A stretch of 64,000 nucleotides of DNA, taken from the NCBI GenBank assembly GCA_964424615.1, contig CAYRIU010000046.1:525-64524 (forward strand), in the 5' to 3' direction. The stretch is from an uncultured Gammaproteobacteria bacterium. GTDB lineage: Bacteria > Patescibacteriota > Patescibacteriia > UBA1558 > GWA2-36-10. The position numbers were made by a program, and so were the translations under genes. The first letter of the stretch is position 1. Every line of letters starts with the position of its first letter. Positions 18,401 to 26,316 of this stretch are shown here, piece by piece. The notes below the pieces were generated by a model that saw only the letters and a list, made by a program, of their open reading frames with translations, searched no databases and had not been told where the DNA came from.

Positions 18401-20371
18401 ATGAATACAAGTGCCTTAGCTAGACAACTTAAAGTAACTACCAACGAGCTTCTGGAAAAATTACCAGAGCTTGGTTTTGATATAGGCGCCAAAGCCATCA
18501 AGGTCAATGATCATTTGGTCCCCAAAATCATCGATGCTTGGAAAAAGGCTGAGAGAAAAAAAGCCTTCAAAGAAAGTCAATCCAGTATCACTGAGATCCG
18601 CACCAAAGATCAGACTACTCCTCTCCAGCAAAAAGAAGTCACTATCGGTGATACTATTGTGGTCAAAGACATGGCTGAGCTGATGAAGATACCAGTCGCT
18701 CGTCTGATGGGTGAGCTGATGAAAAATGGTGTCATGGTCTCTCTCAATGAAAAAGTAGATTTTGATACAGCTACTATCATCGCTGAAGATCTAGGTTTCA
18801 AAGTAGTCAGGAGTAATGCCATTGCTGAAGAAGAGTCAAACAATAAAGAAAAACTCATTCAACTACTATCCACTCGCCAAGCTTCTGATGCCAAAGCTCC
18901 AGTCGTTGTAGTCATGGGCCATGTCGATCATGGTAAGACCAAGCTCCTTGATGCTATCCGCTCGACCAATGTCGTAGCCCAAGAAGCTGGCGGTATCACT
19001 CAGCACATCGGTGCCTACCAAATAGTCGCTCATGATAGACCTATTACTTTTTTGGATACTCCTGGACATGAAGCTTTCAAAGCTATGCGCTCTCGTGGTG
19101 GCCAAGTCGCTGATATCGCTATCCTAGTAGTAGCTGCTGACGATGGCCTCCAGCCACAGACTCTAGAAAGTATTGCTGTCATCCAAAAAGAAAATCTCCC
19201 ATTCATCATCGCTATCAATAAGATAGACAAAGAAGGTGCTGATATCGACCGTCTCAAACAACAACTAGTCGAAATCAATCTGACACCAGAAGACTGGGGT
19301 GGCAAAGTCATCTGTCAGCCAATCTCTGCTTTGAAAAAAGAAGGTATCTCCGAGCTACTAGACATGATACTTTTGATCGCTGATATGGAGAATCTCAAGG
19401 CCGATGCCAAGGGACCAGCTATCGGTACTATCATCGAGTCTCACCTAGATCCAGGCGAGGGACCAGTGGCTACAGTAGTAGTCCAAGCTGGTACTTTGAA
19501 AATTGGTGATATGATCGTCGTCGGCCAAGTACCGGGCAAGATCAAAATGCTCAAAGACTGGAAAGGCCAAAACAAAAACTCAGCTGGACCAGCTACTCCT
19601 ATCAAAATCCTAGGTCTCAGACAACTGCCACAGATCGGTGAAATCCTAGAAGTGATTGTCGACAAAAAAGAATACAACAACAAAATCAAAAATATCGACA
19701 GCAACTTCCGTCCAGCCGGTATCAACAACAGCCAAAACAACAACAAGAACGAAATCGGCGAAGAAGACGCTACTATCTTACGCCTCTTCATCAAGTCGGA
19801 TGTATTAGGATCTGCTGAAGCTATAGAAGAATCTCTAGGCAAAATATCAGTCTCCGGTGCCAAGATACAAGTAGTCAAAAAGGGCTTGGGCCTCTTCAAT
19901 GAAGCTGACATCCTCAATGCTGCTGCTCAAGGTGCTCTACTAGTAGGCTTCCATATCAAAGAAAACAAAAACATCGTCAGTCTCGCCCAAGAAAAAGGCG
20001 TCACTGTCCTCTACTTTGATGTCATCTACAAGCTACTAGAAGATATAGAAAAACGATTGATCACCATCAAAGCCAAAAAGACCGTCCACAAGATCATTGG
20101 CAAGATGGAAGTCTTGGCCATATTCAAGTCACTGAAAAACAGCATGATAGTCGGTGGTAAGATAGTCGAAGGCATGATCACCAAAAAATGTGGGGTCAAA
20201 GTCATGAAAAATGGTGAGATGGAAGCCATCGGTAAAATAATCGAGCTCCAATCAGGAAAACAAGCTATGAATGAAGTGGTGGCTGGCAATGAAGCTGGTA
20301 TCGAGTACCAAGGTGATCCCATCATTGCTGTCGGCGATACTTTAGAATTTTTTGAAGAGACCTATGAGTAA
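18401..20371 (+). CDS. infB: Translation initiation factor IF-2 (short form, 656 aa).
   Basis: G-domain VVVVMGHVDHGKTKLLD, DTPGHEAF, NKIDK; C-terminal beta-barrel domains. Confidence 0.9.
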   Translation: MNTSALARQLKVTTNELLEKLPELGFDIGAKAIKVNDHLVPKIIDAWKKAERKKAFKESQSSITEIRTKDQTTPLQQKEVTIGDTIVVKDMAELMKIPVARLMGELMKNGVMVSLNEKVDFDTATIIAEDLGFKVVRSNAIAEEESNNKEKLIQLLSTRQASDAKAPVVVVMGHVDHGKTKLLDAIRSTNVVAQEAGGITQHIGAYQIVAHDRPITFLDTPGHEAFKAMRSRGGQVADIAILVVAADDGLQPQTLESIAVIQKENLPFIIAINKIDKEGADIDRLKQQLVEINLTPEDWGGKVICQPISALKKEGISELLDMILLIADMENLKADAKGPAIGTIIESHLDPGEGPVATVVVQAGTLKIGDMIVVGQVPGKIKMLKDWKGQNKNSAGPATPIKILGLRQLPQIGEILEVIVDKKEYNNKIKNIDSNFRPAGINNSQNNNKNEIGEEDATILRLFIKSDVLGSAEAIEESLGKISVSGAKIQVVKKGLGLFNEADILNAAAQGALLVGFHIKENKNIVSLAQEKGVTVLYFDVIYKLLEDIEKRLITIKAKKTVHKIIGKMEVLAIFKSLKNSMIVGGKIVEGMITKKCGVKVMKNGEMEAIGKIIELQSGKQAMNEVVAGNEAGIEYQGDPIIAVGDTLEFFEETYE

Positions 20372-20690
20372 GCGTCCCGCCCAAGTAGCTGAATACTTGC
20401 GTCAACAAATCAACAACATCATCCTCCGTGACTTCGAGCCACCTATGGGTACATTGATATCTGTCACTGAGGTCACTATCTCTCCGGATCTCAAAAACGC
20501 TACTGCCTATGTCAGTATCATCCCGACCAATCATCTTGGCTCTGGTCTACAAGCTATCAAAAGATTTGCTGGTCATATCCAAAAAGAAGTTGGTCGCAAT
20601 CTGACTATGCGTGGCACTCCTCATATAGACTTTCTGCTCGATGAGAGAGATATAAAGTATGGGAAGATTGATGAAGCCTTGAAACAATAA
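20352..20690 (+). CDS. rbfA: Ribosome-binding factor A.
   Basis: 112 aa KH-like RbfA (ISVTEVTISPDLKNATAYVS) directly following infB with a 20-nt overlap. Confidence 0.8.
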   Translation: MKRPMSKRPAQVAEYLRQQINNIILRDFEPPMGTLISVTEVTISPDLKNATAYVSIIPTNHLGSGLQAIKRFAGHIQKEVGRNLTMRGTPHIDFLLDERDIKYGKIDEALKQ

Positions 20691-20693
20691 ATA

Positions 20694-20751
20694 TACCCCC
20701 CTCTTTTTCTCCCCCTAAATTAGGGGGAGATGTCCGCTAAGGACAGTGGGG
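20694..20751 (+). repeat. 58-nt palindrome-containing dispersed repeat (copy A): TACCCCCCTCTTTTTCTCCCCCTAAATTAGGGGGAGATGTCCGCTAAGGACAGTGGGG.
   Basis: About 90% identical to the reverse complement of 33812-33868. Internal palindrome CCCCCTAAATTAGGGGG and complementary termini CCCCCTCT/AGAGGGGG. Confidence 0.75.
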
Positions 20752-20758
20752 ATAATAA

Positions 20759-20790
20759 AAAAACACTCCAGGAAATTGTAGTGTTTTTTT
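20759..20790 (+). terminator. Rho-independent terminator after rbfA (AAACACTCCAGG...TAGTGTTTTTTT).
   Basis: Hairpin plus T7. A near-identical terminator is at 21158-21187. Confidence 0.55.
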
Positions 20791-20884
20791 CTTGAAATTA
20801 ATATGCTTGACAATTGATGCTTATTTGTTTAGGATTATTTTGTTTTCCTGGCACTAGATAATCTTGACTCAAGGAGGACACACC

Positions 20885-21073
20885 GTGAACAAAAAAAAGA
20901 GACAACGCCCACGGCGTAAACATCTTGGCCGAGTGTCACCTGGCAAGCGAGCCATCAAGTTGGCGAGACGCTTAGCTAAGCGTCAATTGGCAAATGAGAA
21001 GTTGGCCAACACCATGACCACCAGACGACGCGCGGAAGCCTACCTCAAAACCCGCGATGACGGGTTTGCGTAG
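20885..21073 (+). CDS. Hypothetical small, highly basic (K/R-rich) 62-aa protein in a GC-rich mini-cassette. GTG start 6 nt after an AAGGAGGA SD.
   Basis: Canonical SD at 20871-20878. Bounded by terminators on both sides. The composition is much more GC-rich than its neighbours. Confidence 0.45.
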   Translation: MNKKKRQRPRRKHLGRVSPGKRAIKLARRLAKRQLANEKLANTMTTRRRAEAYLKTRDDGFA

Positions 21074-21098
21074 CCCTATCGGCGTCACATAGACGCTT

Positions 21099-21146
21099 TC
21101 TGCCTCTTCAAGATACCTCCAATGGTACTATAGAGGCAGATTTTTT
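21099..21146 (+). terminator. Rho-independent terminator (CTGCCTCT...AGAGGCAG plus T7).
   Basis: 10-bp stem followed by ATTTTTTT. Confidence 0.5.
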
Positions 21147-21157
21147 TCTAAAAAATT

Positions 21158-21187
21158 ATTAGTCAAAAAACACCCCAGAAAATTGGA
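21158..21187 (+). terminator. Rho-independent terminator, near-duplicate of 20759-20790.
   Basis: AACACCCCAGAAAATTGGAGTGTTTTTTT. Confidence 0.5.
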
Positions 21188-21238
21188 GTGTTTTTTTGAT
21201 TTAAAAAATATGCAGGGATTAATACATAGATAAAATAT

Positions 21239-23077
21239 TTATGATTGTAATTTTATTTCAATTTGTTCCACTAATTTTTTCAACGATGGGAAATTTTCTT
21301 CAAAGGCACTTTTACTTGGAGAAAAATCGTCTGATATTTTATTTTTAAATTTTTCTATAATTATTTCATTAAATTTATTTTCTTTCTTTAGAAAAATTTT
21401 TATTTGCTCAATAAATGGAGCATCTGTTAACATTATCACACAGTCATCTAAAAACTCCTCTTTATAAAATTCTTTGAATTTGCTTTCTACAAAATCTTTT
21501 TCTAATAAATCTTCTATAGTACCTTCGTTCTTAAAGCTAGCTACTAAATCTCTAATGGTAAAAACAGAATTTTTATCATAAACGCCGGCAATTTTTAGAA
21601 TTTTATCCCTATATCCTTTTCCCTCCAAATCATCGTCAGTTACTACTAAAATTTTTATATCATCATAATTAAATTTAGTAGCAATTTGAACAATATTACT
21701 ACCAATTCCATTAGTAATACCGAATTGCAATCCTTTTAAATGCAATGATTTTTGTAATATTATTTTATCAGACTGCCCCTCAACAAGAATCCTGTGTGGT
21801 ATCAACAAATCTTTATAAACATTTATGCCAAATGCCAACTCCAATACTTCGTCATCCCTAAGATCCTCTTCACTTCTTATTTCTTTTTTTTCGGTTATTG
21901 CCGCATTATTTTTTCTAATAATTATATTTCTTTCTTTGGTTTTTTGATCTACTAAAAATGGGGAATGAGTAGAAATAAATACATAATTATCTTTACCTAT
22001 ACTTAATAACTGCTCTTTTAAATCCCTAATACCCGATGGATGTAGATGTGCCTCTGGTTCGTCGATGATAATTAGTTTATCTTTTTTCCTAAACTTTTCA
22101 GTTTCTATAGATAAGGACAAAATTAAAGACATAAACTGTTTGAAACCCTCACTTCTTACATTCATTTTATAAAAATTATGTTCATTTTTTTTACCATCAT
22201 CTACTATTGAGACATTACATTTCTTACTATCCGTTATTTCTATATCGATTTTAATTTTATGTTTCCATTTATTATTGATGTATTTTGTAGCCTCATCTGA
22301 CAGTGTTGTGCTCAGTTTTCTTCTTAAATTAAAATCCGAAGTACTGTCTATTTCTTTTTTTATCTTATCTTCCGTGTCATACCCAGCTAAAGCAAAAATG
22401 TTTTTAAGTGGTTTATTTTTATTTACATCTGCTTTAAATTCTTCTAAATTAACCTCCGTAATTAAATATTCGTCAGATGGCTTCCAAAAAGATGTCTGTG
22501 GTTCATACTTCTGAATTATGTCAATAATTTTATTTTCAAAATATTCTTTAAACACATCTTTTGTAAACTCTACATATGTATTCTGAATATCATTAAATTT
22601 ACTAACCTCATAAGACTTACTATTTATATTTTGACCATCAACATTATTAGTTATTAATTCTTTAATAAATATATTCTCCGTTATTTCCTCTATATTGAAA
22701 GTATATTCTACTTCAAAATGGTTTGCTCCTTCCTGCAAATACACATGCTTAACAATACTATTAATTTTAAAATTAAAAATTTTATCATTTAATATTTCTT
22801 TTTTTATTAAACTAGAATATGTTTCTACTTGTTCAAAACTTAAATAAAACCATAAATCAATGGGTTTTTTCTGTTCATCTTTTTGATTATGCATGTCATT
22901 ATAATCAAATTCTTCGTTAGGAACATTAAAAAAAGACATAGCCTGTAAAATATTACTTTTACCAGACTCATTAATTCCTAAAAACATGGTAGTATAACTA
23001 TTACCGTATTTCTTTACATCAAACTCAATATGTTGAATTGATTTAAAATTCTCAATAATAATTTTTGTAATCTTCAT
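21239..23077 (-). CDS. OLD-family ATP-dependent endonuclease, class 1 (N-terminal ABC-type ATPase fused to a C-terminal TOPRIM domain). Candidate anti-phage defence gene.
   Basis: Walker A GINESGKSN; ABC signature-like SEGFKQF; Walker B/H-loop LIIIDEPEAHLHP. TOPRIM motifs RILVEGQSDKIIL and VVTDDDLEGK. 612 aa. Extremely AT-rich coding sequence. Confidence 0.75.
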   Translation of the reverse strand: MKITKIIIENFKSIQHIEFDVKKYGNSYTTMFLGINESGKSNILQAMSFFNVPNEEFDYNDMHNQKDEQKKPIDLWFYLSFEQVETYSSLIKKEILNDKIFNFKINSIVKHVYLQEGANHFEVEYTFNIEEITENIFIKELITNNVDGQNINSKSYEVSKFNDIQNTYVEFTKDVFKEYFENKIIDIIQKYEPQTSFWKPSDEYLITEVNLEEFKADVNKNKPLKNIFALAGYDTEDKIKKEIDSTSDFNLRRKLSTTLSDEATKYINNKWKHKIKIDIEITDSKKCNVSIVDDGKKNEHNFYKMNVRSEGFKQFMSLILSLSIETEKFRKKDKLIIIDEPEAHLHPSGIRDLKEQLLSIGKDNYVFISTHSPFLVDQKTKERNIIIRKNNAAITEKKEIRSEEDLRDDEVLELAFGINVYKDLLIPHRILVEGQSDKIILQKSLHLKGLQFGITNGIGSNIVQIATKFNYDDIKILVVTDDDLEGKGYRDKILKIAGVYDKNSVFTIRDLVASFKNEGTIEDLLEKDFVESKFKEFYKEEFLDDCVIMLTDAPFIEQIKIFLKKENKFNEIIIEKFKNKISDDFSPSKSAFEENFPSLKKLVEQIEIKLQS

Positions 23078-23270
23078 AATTTTATTAATTTATTACGCGT
23101 GGTGCCCTATGCCCACATCTTAAAAAGACAACATGCTTTGATTTATAAAATAATCGCTATCAAATAAAAAATAAGCAAAGCCGTATTCCCAACTAACAAT
23201 GTATCTTTATACCTACTGCCATCTTACTCCCAATACAAAAAAAGACAATATATGACGTAAATAGTATATA

Positions 23271-23421
23271 GGACGAAAGACGCCGAATGTTTCTATCGTC
23301 ATTGCGAGCGAACGCAGTGAGCGCGGCAATCTACCAACTTATAGATTGCTTCGTCTCCGCCATCCGCCCACTGGCGGAGGCGGATCCTCGCAATGACGGT
23401 AAATAGACTAGGCGTCTTTCC
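23271..23421. repeat. About 150-nt nested inverted-repeat structure. Outer stem GGACGAAAGACGCC/GGCGTCTTTCC, inner stem CGTCATTGCGAG/CTCGCAATGACG, and an embedded GC palindrome CTCCGCCATCCGCCCACTGGCGGAGGCGGAT. Candidate structured RNA or complex MITE.
   Basis: The stems were found by eye. The embedded palindrome is one mismatch different from the element inserted in the tRNA-Ala pseudo-copy (13311-13340). Confidence 0.5.
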
Positions 23422-23428
23422 TTTAATA

Positions 23429-23457
23429 TTGACTCTCCCGCAATCTCAGGCTATAAT
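23429..23457 (+). promoter_or_regulatory. Consensus sigma70 promoter (TTGACT, 17 nt, TATAAT) driving a leaderless or near-leaderless nrnA transcript.
   Basis: The -10 ends 8 nt before the nrnA ATG at 23466. Confidence 0.55.
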
Positions 23458-23465
23458 ACTCGGCT

Positions 23466-24428
23466 ATGTTGAATTACCATAACATCAGTCAATCTATACT
23501 ACAGGAGATAAAAAAAGCTGAAAAAATCTTGATCATCTCCCACCAAAAGCCCGATGGTGACACCCTAGGGGCGAATTTAGCTTTGCGCAAATATCTCTCC
23601 AATATAGGTAAGGATGTTCACTCTTTTTGTGATAGCGATATACCTGACTATTTAAAATTCTTGCCCGGCAGTCATCTAGTCACTAGCGACCATCTACTTT
23701 TTACCAAAAAATTTGATCTAGTCATCACTGTGGACTGCGCTACTATAGAGCTGACTGCTGCTCAGCATCTGCTGGCAGTCATGCCCCAGCATCTACTCAT
23801 CAATATAGATCACCATAGCTCCAATCCTGAGTACGCTGATATCAATCTCGTCCTGACTGAGGCATCATCTACTGCTGAGGTCATCTACAGACTACTCGAT
23901 GATTGGCAGGCGACTTTTGATCAAGAGATAGCGACCAACCTCGCCTGTGGTCTGATCACTGATACTGGTGGTTTCAAAAATCCAGCTACTAGCTACAGCT
24001 CACTAAATATTGCAGCTAGGCTATTTGACCACGGTGCCAATCTACACCAGCTATTAAAGATCACCAATCGCGGACAAAATATCGACCATCTCATCCTCTG
24101 GGGCAGGGCTCTCGAGCGTCTCCAAAAAGTAGACAAGTACAATTTGGTTTTTACCTACCTGACTCAAGACGATCTAGCCGAGACCAACAATGACGAATCA
24201 GCCATCGGTGGCATTTCCAATTTTTTACATATCTTGAAAGAAGGAAAAATCATATTGGTCCTGACTGAGACAAAAAATAATCTGATCAAAGGATCACTAC
24301 GCACAACTTCTGAAATAGATGTTGCCAAAATAGCTCAACTGTTTGGCGGTGGTGGCCACAAAAAAGCTGCTGGCTTTTCCTTGCCAGGCAAGCTGGTATG
24401 TGATAATAATAAATTGAAAGTGGTATAA
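23466..24428 (+). CDS. nrnA: Bifunctional oligoribonuclease/pAp-phosphatase NrnA (DHH-DHHA1).
   Basis: DHH motif (NIDHHSSN), DxD (DGDTLG), DHHA1 GGGH (FGGGGHKKAAG). Confidence 0.8.
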   Translation: MLNYHNISQSILQEIKKAEKILIISHQKPDGDTLGANLALRKYLSNIGKDVHSFCDSDIPDYLKFLPGSHLVTSDHLLFTKKFDLVITVDCATIELTAAQHLLAVMPQHLLINIDHHSSNPEYADINLVLTEASSTAEVIYRLLDDWQATFDQEIATNLACGLITDTGGFKNPATSYSSLNIAARLFDHGANLHQLLKITNRGQNIDHLILWGRALERLQKVDKYNLVFTYLTQDDLAETNNDESAIGGISNFLHILKEGKIILVLTETKNNLIKGSLRTTSEIDVAKIAQLFGGGGHKKAAGFSLPGKLVCDNNKLKVV

Positions 24429-24494
24429 ACCACTGTCATCCCGAACTTGTTTCGGGATCCCAATTAAATACCTGATAATAAAAATAATACTCAT

Positions 24495-25067
24495 ATGTTA
24501 ATACCTACAGTAATAGAAAAAGTCCAAGGTGGCGAAAGAGCTTATGATATCTACTCTCGCCTCTTGAAAGATCGCATCATATTTTTGGGTGATGCTATCG
24601 ATGATCATATTGCCAACCTAGTAATTGCTCAGCTACTTTTCCTCGATGCTCAGGACAATACTCGCCCAATCAAGATGTATATCAATTCACCTGGTGGCTC
24701 AGTCACTGATGGCCTGGCTATCTATGACACTATGCAGCATATCAAGAGTCCAGTCTCTACTATCGCTGTGGGGCTAGCTGCTTCTATGGGCGCCTTGCTG
24801 CTATCTGGTGGCGCCAAGGGTCAGAGATTTGCTTTGCCCAACTCCGAGATACTCCTACACCAAGTCATGGGCGGCGCCCAAGGCCAAGCATCGGATATCA
24901 AAATCAAAGCAGAACAAATTTTGAAGCTCAAAGATAGACTCAACCAAATCTTACACAAACACACTGGACAGCCATTGAAAAAAATAGAAGTCGATACTGA
25001 TCGCGACTACTACATGACTCCCGATGAAGCCAAAAATTATGGCGTCATTGATAAGATCATAAAATGA
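24495..25067 (+). CDS. clpP: ATP-dependent Clp protease proteolytic subunit.
   Basis: 190 aa; [19 protein letters not shown], catalytic Ser in the GLAASMGA context, His/Asp present. Confidence 0.9.
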   Translation: MLIPTVIEKVQGGERAYDIYSRLLKDRIIFLGDAIDDHIANLVIAQLLFLDAQDNTRPIKMYINSPGGSVTDGLAIYDTMQHIKSPVSTIAVGLAASMGALLLSGGAKGQRFALPNSEILLHQVMGGAQGQASDIKIKAEQILKLKDRLNQILHKHTGQPLKKIEVDTDRDYYMTPDEAKNYGVIDKIIK

Positions 25068-25091
25068 GGTTCAAATAAAACTTAAAAAATT

Positions 25092-25116
25092 CATCCGCCT
25101 TTGGCGGATATTTTAT
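25092..25116 (+). terminator. Rho-independent terminator after clpP (CATCCGCCTTTGGCGGATATTTTAT).
   Basis: CCGCC-N3-GGCGG palindrome plus T-run. Confidence 0.55.
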
Positions 25117-25379
25117 CCACAACAAAGAGATTATTCACTTTTGAAATTATTTGTGCTATTATTTTTCACAAGGTGAGTTTTGAGGATCAAAACATCCTCA
25201 TTTCTAAATTCTCATCCCTAAGACCATCGGTGTATAGCACCATTCATAGCCGAAAGACTTTGGACAATGCTATGCTTAAGCCGATGGTCTTTGTTTTGAA
25301 ATAAAAAAAGAGCGGCGCCTCCTACACCGAAGTGTAATGGATGGCGCCGCTTCTGGTCAGCCAGTAGCAGTGTGTGCTA

Positions 25380-25940
25380 CTAGCTGATCAACTTGCGCTT
25401 GGCGATGATGTTGTGTTCACCGCGAAACTCGAAGACCACTGCCTCCAGAATGTCCAGGGTATGGACATCGCGAAGACCGCAGAGATACGCGGCCAGAATG
25501 ATGAAGGAGCTGTGAAAGACACCAACTCCCATCTCGCCGTCCTCCATGCAGGAGAACATCTGGTGAATGGCCCCCATGGCCTCGACTTCGAAGACGTGCT
25601 GTGCATCGCAGTCGTGAGAAGCCGTGAAAGCCTCCATGACCGAAACGCCGCCAGCGATCAGATCTTCGAACTTCTCGTTGTGCAAGTGCATCAGGGCAGC
25701 ATCGCTACCCAAGCCATCGATCACGGGATGACGACAGCTCTGCGAGAAGGCCGGATTCTCGACCACCATGACCGCAGCTGTCTCGATAGTCGCCACCAGA
25801 GGCGACGTGAAAATGTGCTGCACCATCTGGTTGCGATGATGGAAGGCTCCAAAGCCATGAGCCATATCCAGGCCCATGGTGGAAATGTGCCGACCGTCCT
25901 CAGCCAGCTCGGAGTGAACGTGCAGAGTCAAGATTTTCAC
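25380..25940 (-). CDS. Hypothetical His-rich (putative metal-binding) 186-aa protein in a GC-rich cassette. GTG start with a GGAGGA SD.
   Basis: SD 5 nt upstream of the GTG start. A minus-strand terminator (AGCGGCGCC...GGCGCCGCT plus T-run) lies at 25306-25360. The overlapping plus-strand ORF 25374..25985 is judged an artefact of the high GC content. Confidence 0.45.
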   Translation of the reverse strand: MKILTLHVHSELAEDGRHISTMGLDMAHGFGAFHHRNQMVQHIFTSPLVATIETAAVMVVENPAFSQSCRHPVIDGLGSDAALMHLHNEKFEDLIAGGVSVMEAFTASHDCDAQHVFEVEAMGAIHQMFSCMEDGEMGVGVFHSSFIILAAYLCGLRDVHTLDILEAVVFEFRGEHNIIAKRKLIS

Positions 25941-26069
25941 AGAAATCCTCCGTGTTTACTGTCCATGCCCACCCTAGATTACTAGGGATCCAAGTCGTCA
26001 ATGACTCAGAATTGAGTATTATATGACATTTATGCTATTTTGTCAATACTAGAATTCAAACTCCCTTGA

Positions 26070-26098
26070 TTGACTTTTTACCCAATATTAGGTATAAT
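26070..26098 (+). promoter_or_regulatory. Sigma70-like promoter (TTGACT, 17 nt, TATAAT) upstream of rny.
   Basis: Consensus hexamers with 17-nt spacing. Confidence 0.5.
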
Positions 26099-26104
26099 GC
26101 TAGA

Positions 26105-26279
26105 TGAGAGTAGAAATATTCTCACTTATTTAAATACCATTTTAATAATAATTTACTGTTTTCAAGTTCAATCAAGATTATATTGAACCAACAAGTGCCT
26201 AATCTTCCAATGGAATTAAAATTATCTGATAAAAATTTAATAACATTCAGCAAGCTCAATCACTTGCTCAGGTTTTTTA
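26105..26279 (+). ncRNA. Candidate about 175-nt small RNA or attenuating leader, running from the promoter at 26070-26098 to an intrinsic terminator (AGCAAGCTCAATCACTTGCT plus T6 at 26249-26278) 38 nt before rny.
   Basis: A promoter and a terminator bracket a region with no ORF. No family was recognised. Confidence 0.3.
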
Positions 26280-26316
26280 TCGCCTCTACAAAACAGTAAA
26301 CTGGAAAGTTTAATTT

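Noticed and set aside
18610-20534. Series of antisense ORFs (18610..18858, 18866..19105, 19030..19311, 19441..19917, 20026..20325, 20322..20534) opposite infB/rbfA.
   Set aside because: They are wholly contained within the strongly supported infB and rbfA frames, have no start context and show low-complexity Ser/Ile-rich composition, as expected for shadow ORFs.
21239-23077. Gabija (GajA plus GajB) or two-gene PARIS assignment for the OLD-like gene.
   Set aside because: No UvrD-like helicase or separate DUF4435 gene is adjacent. ATPase and TOPRIM are fused in one ORF, which is most consistent with a class-1 OLD nuclease.
25374-25985. Plus-strand 203-aa ORF across the GC-rich cassette.
   Set aside because: The minus-strand ORF has a GGAGGA SD with correct spacing and its own terminator. 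The plus-strand product is Arg/His-rich and low complexity, typical of an antisense ORF in GC-rich DNA.
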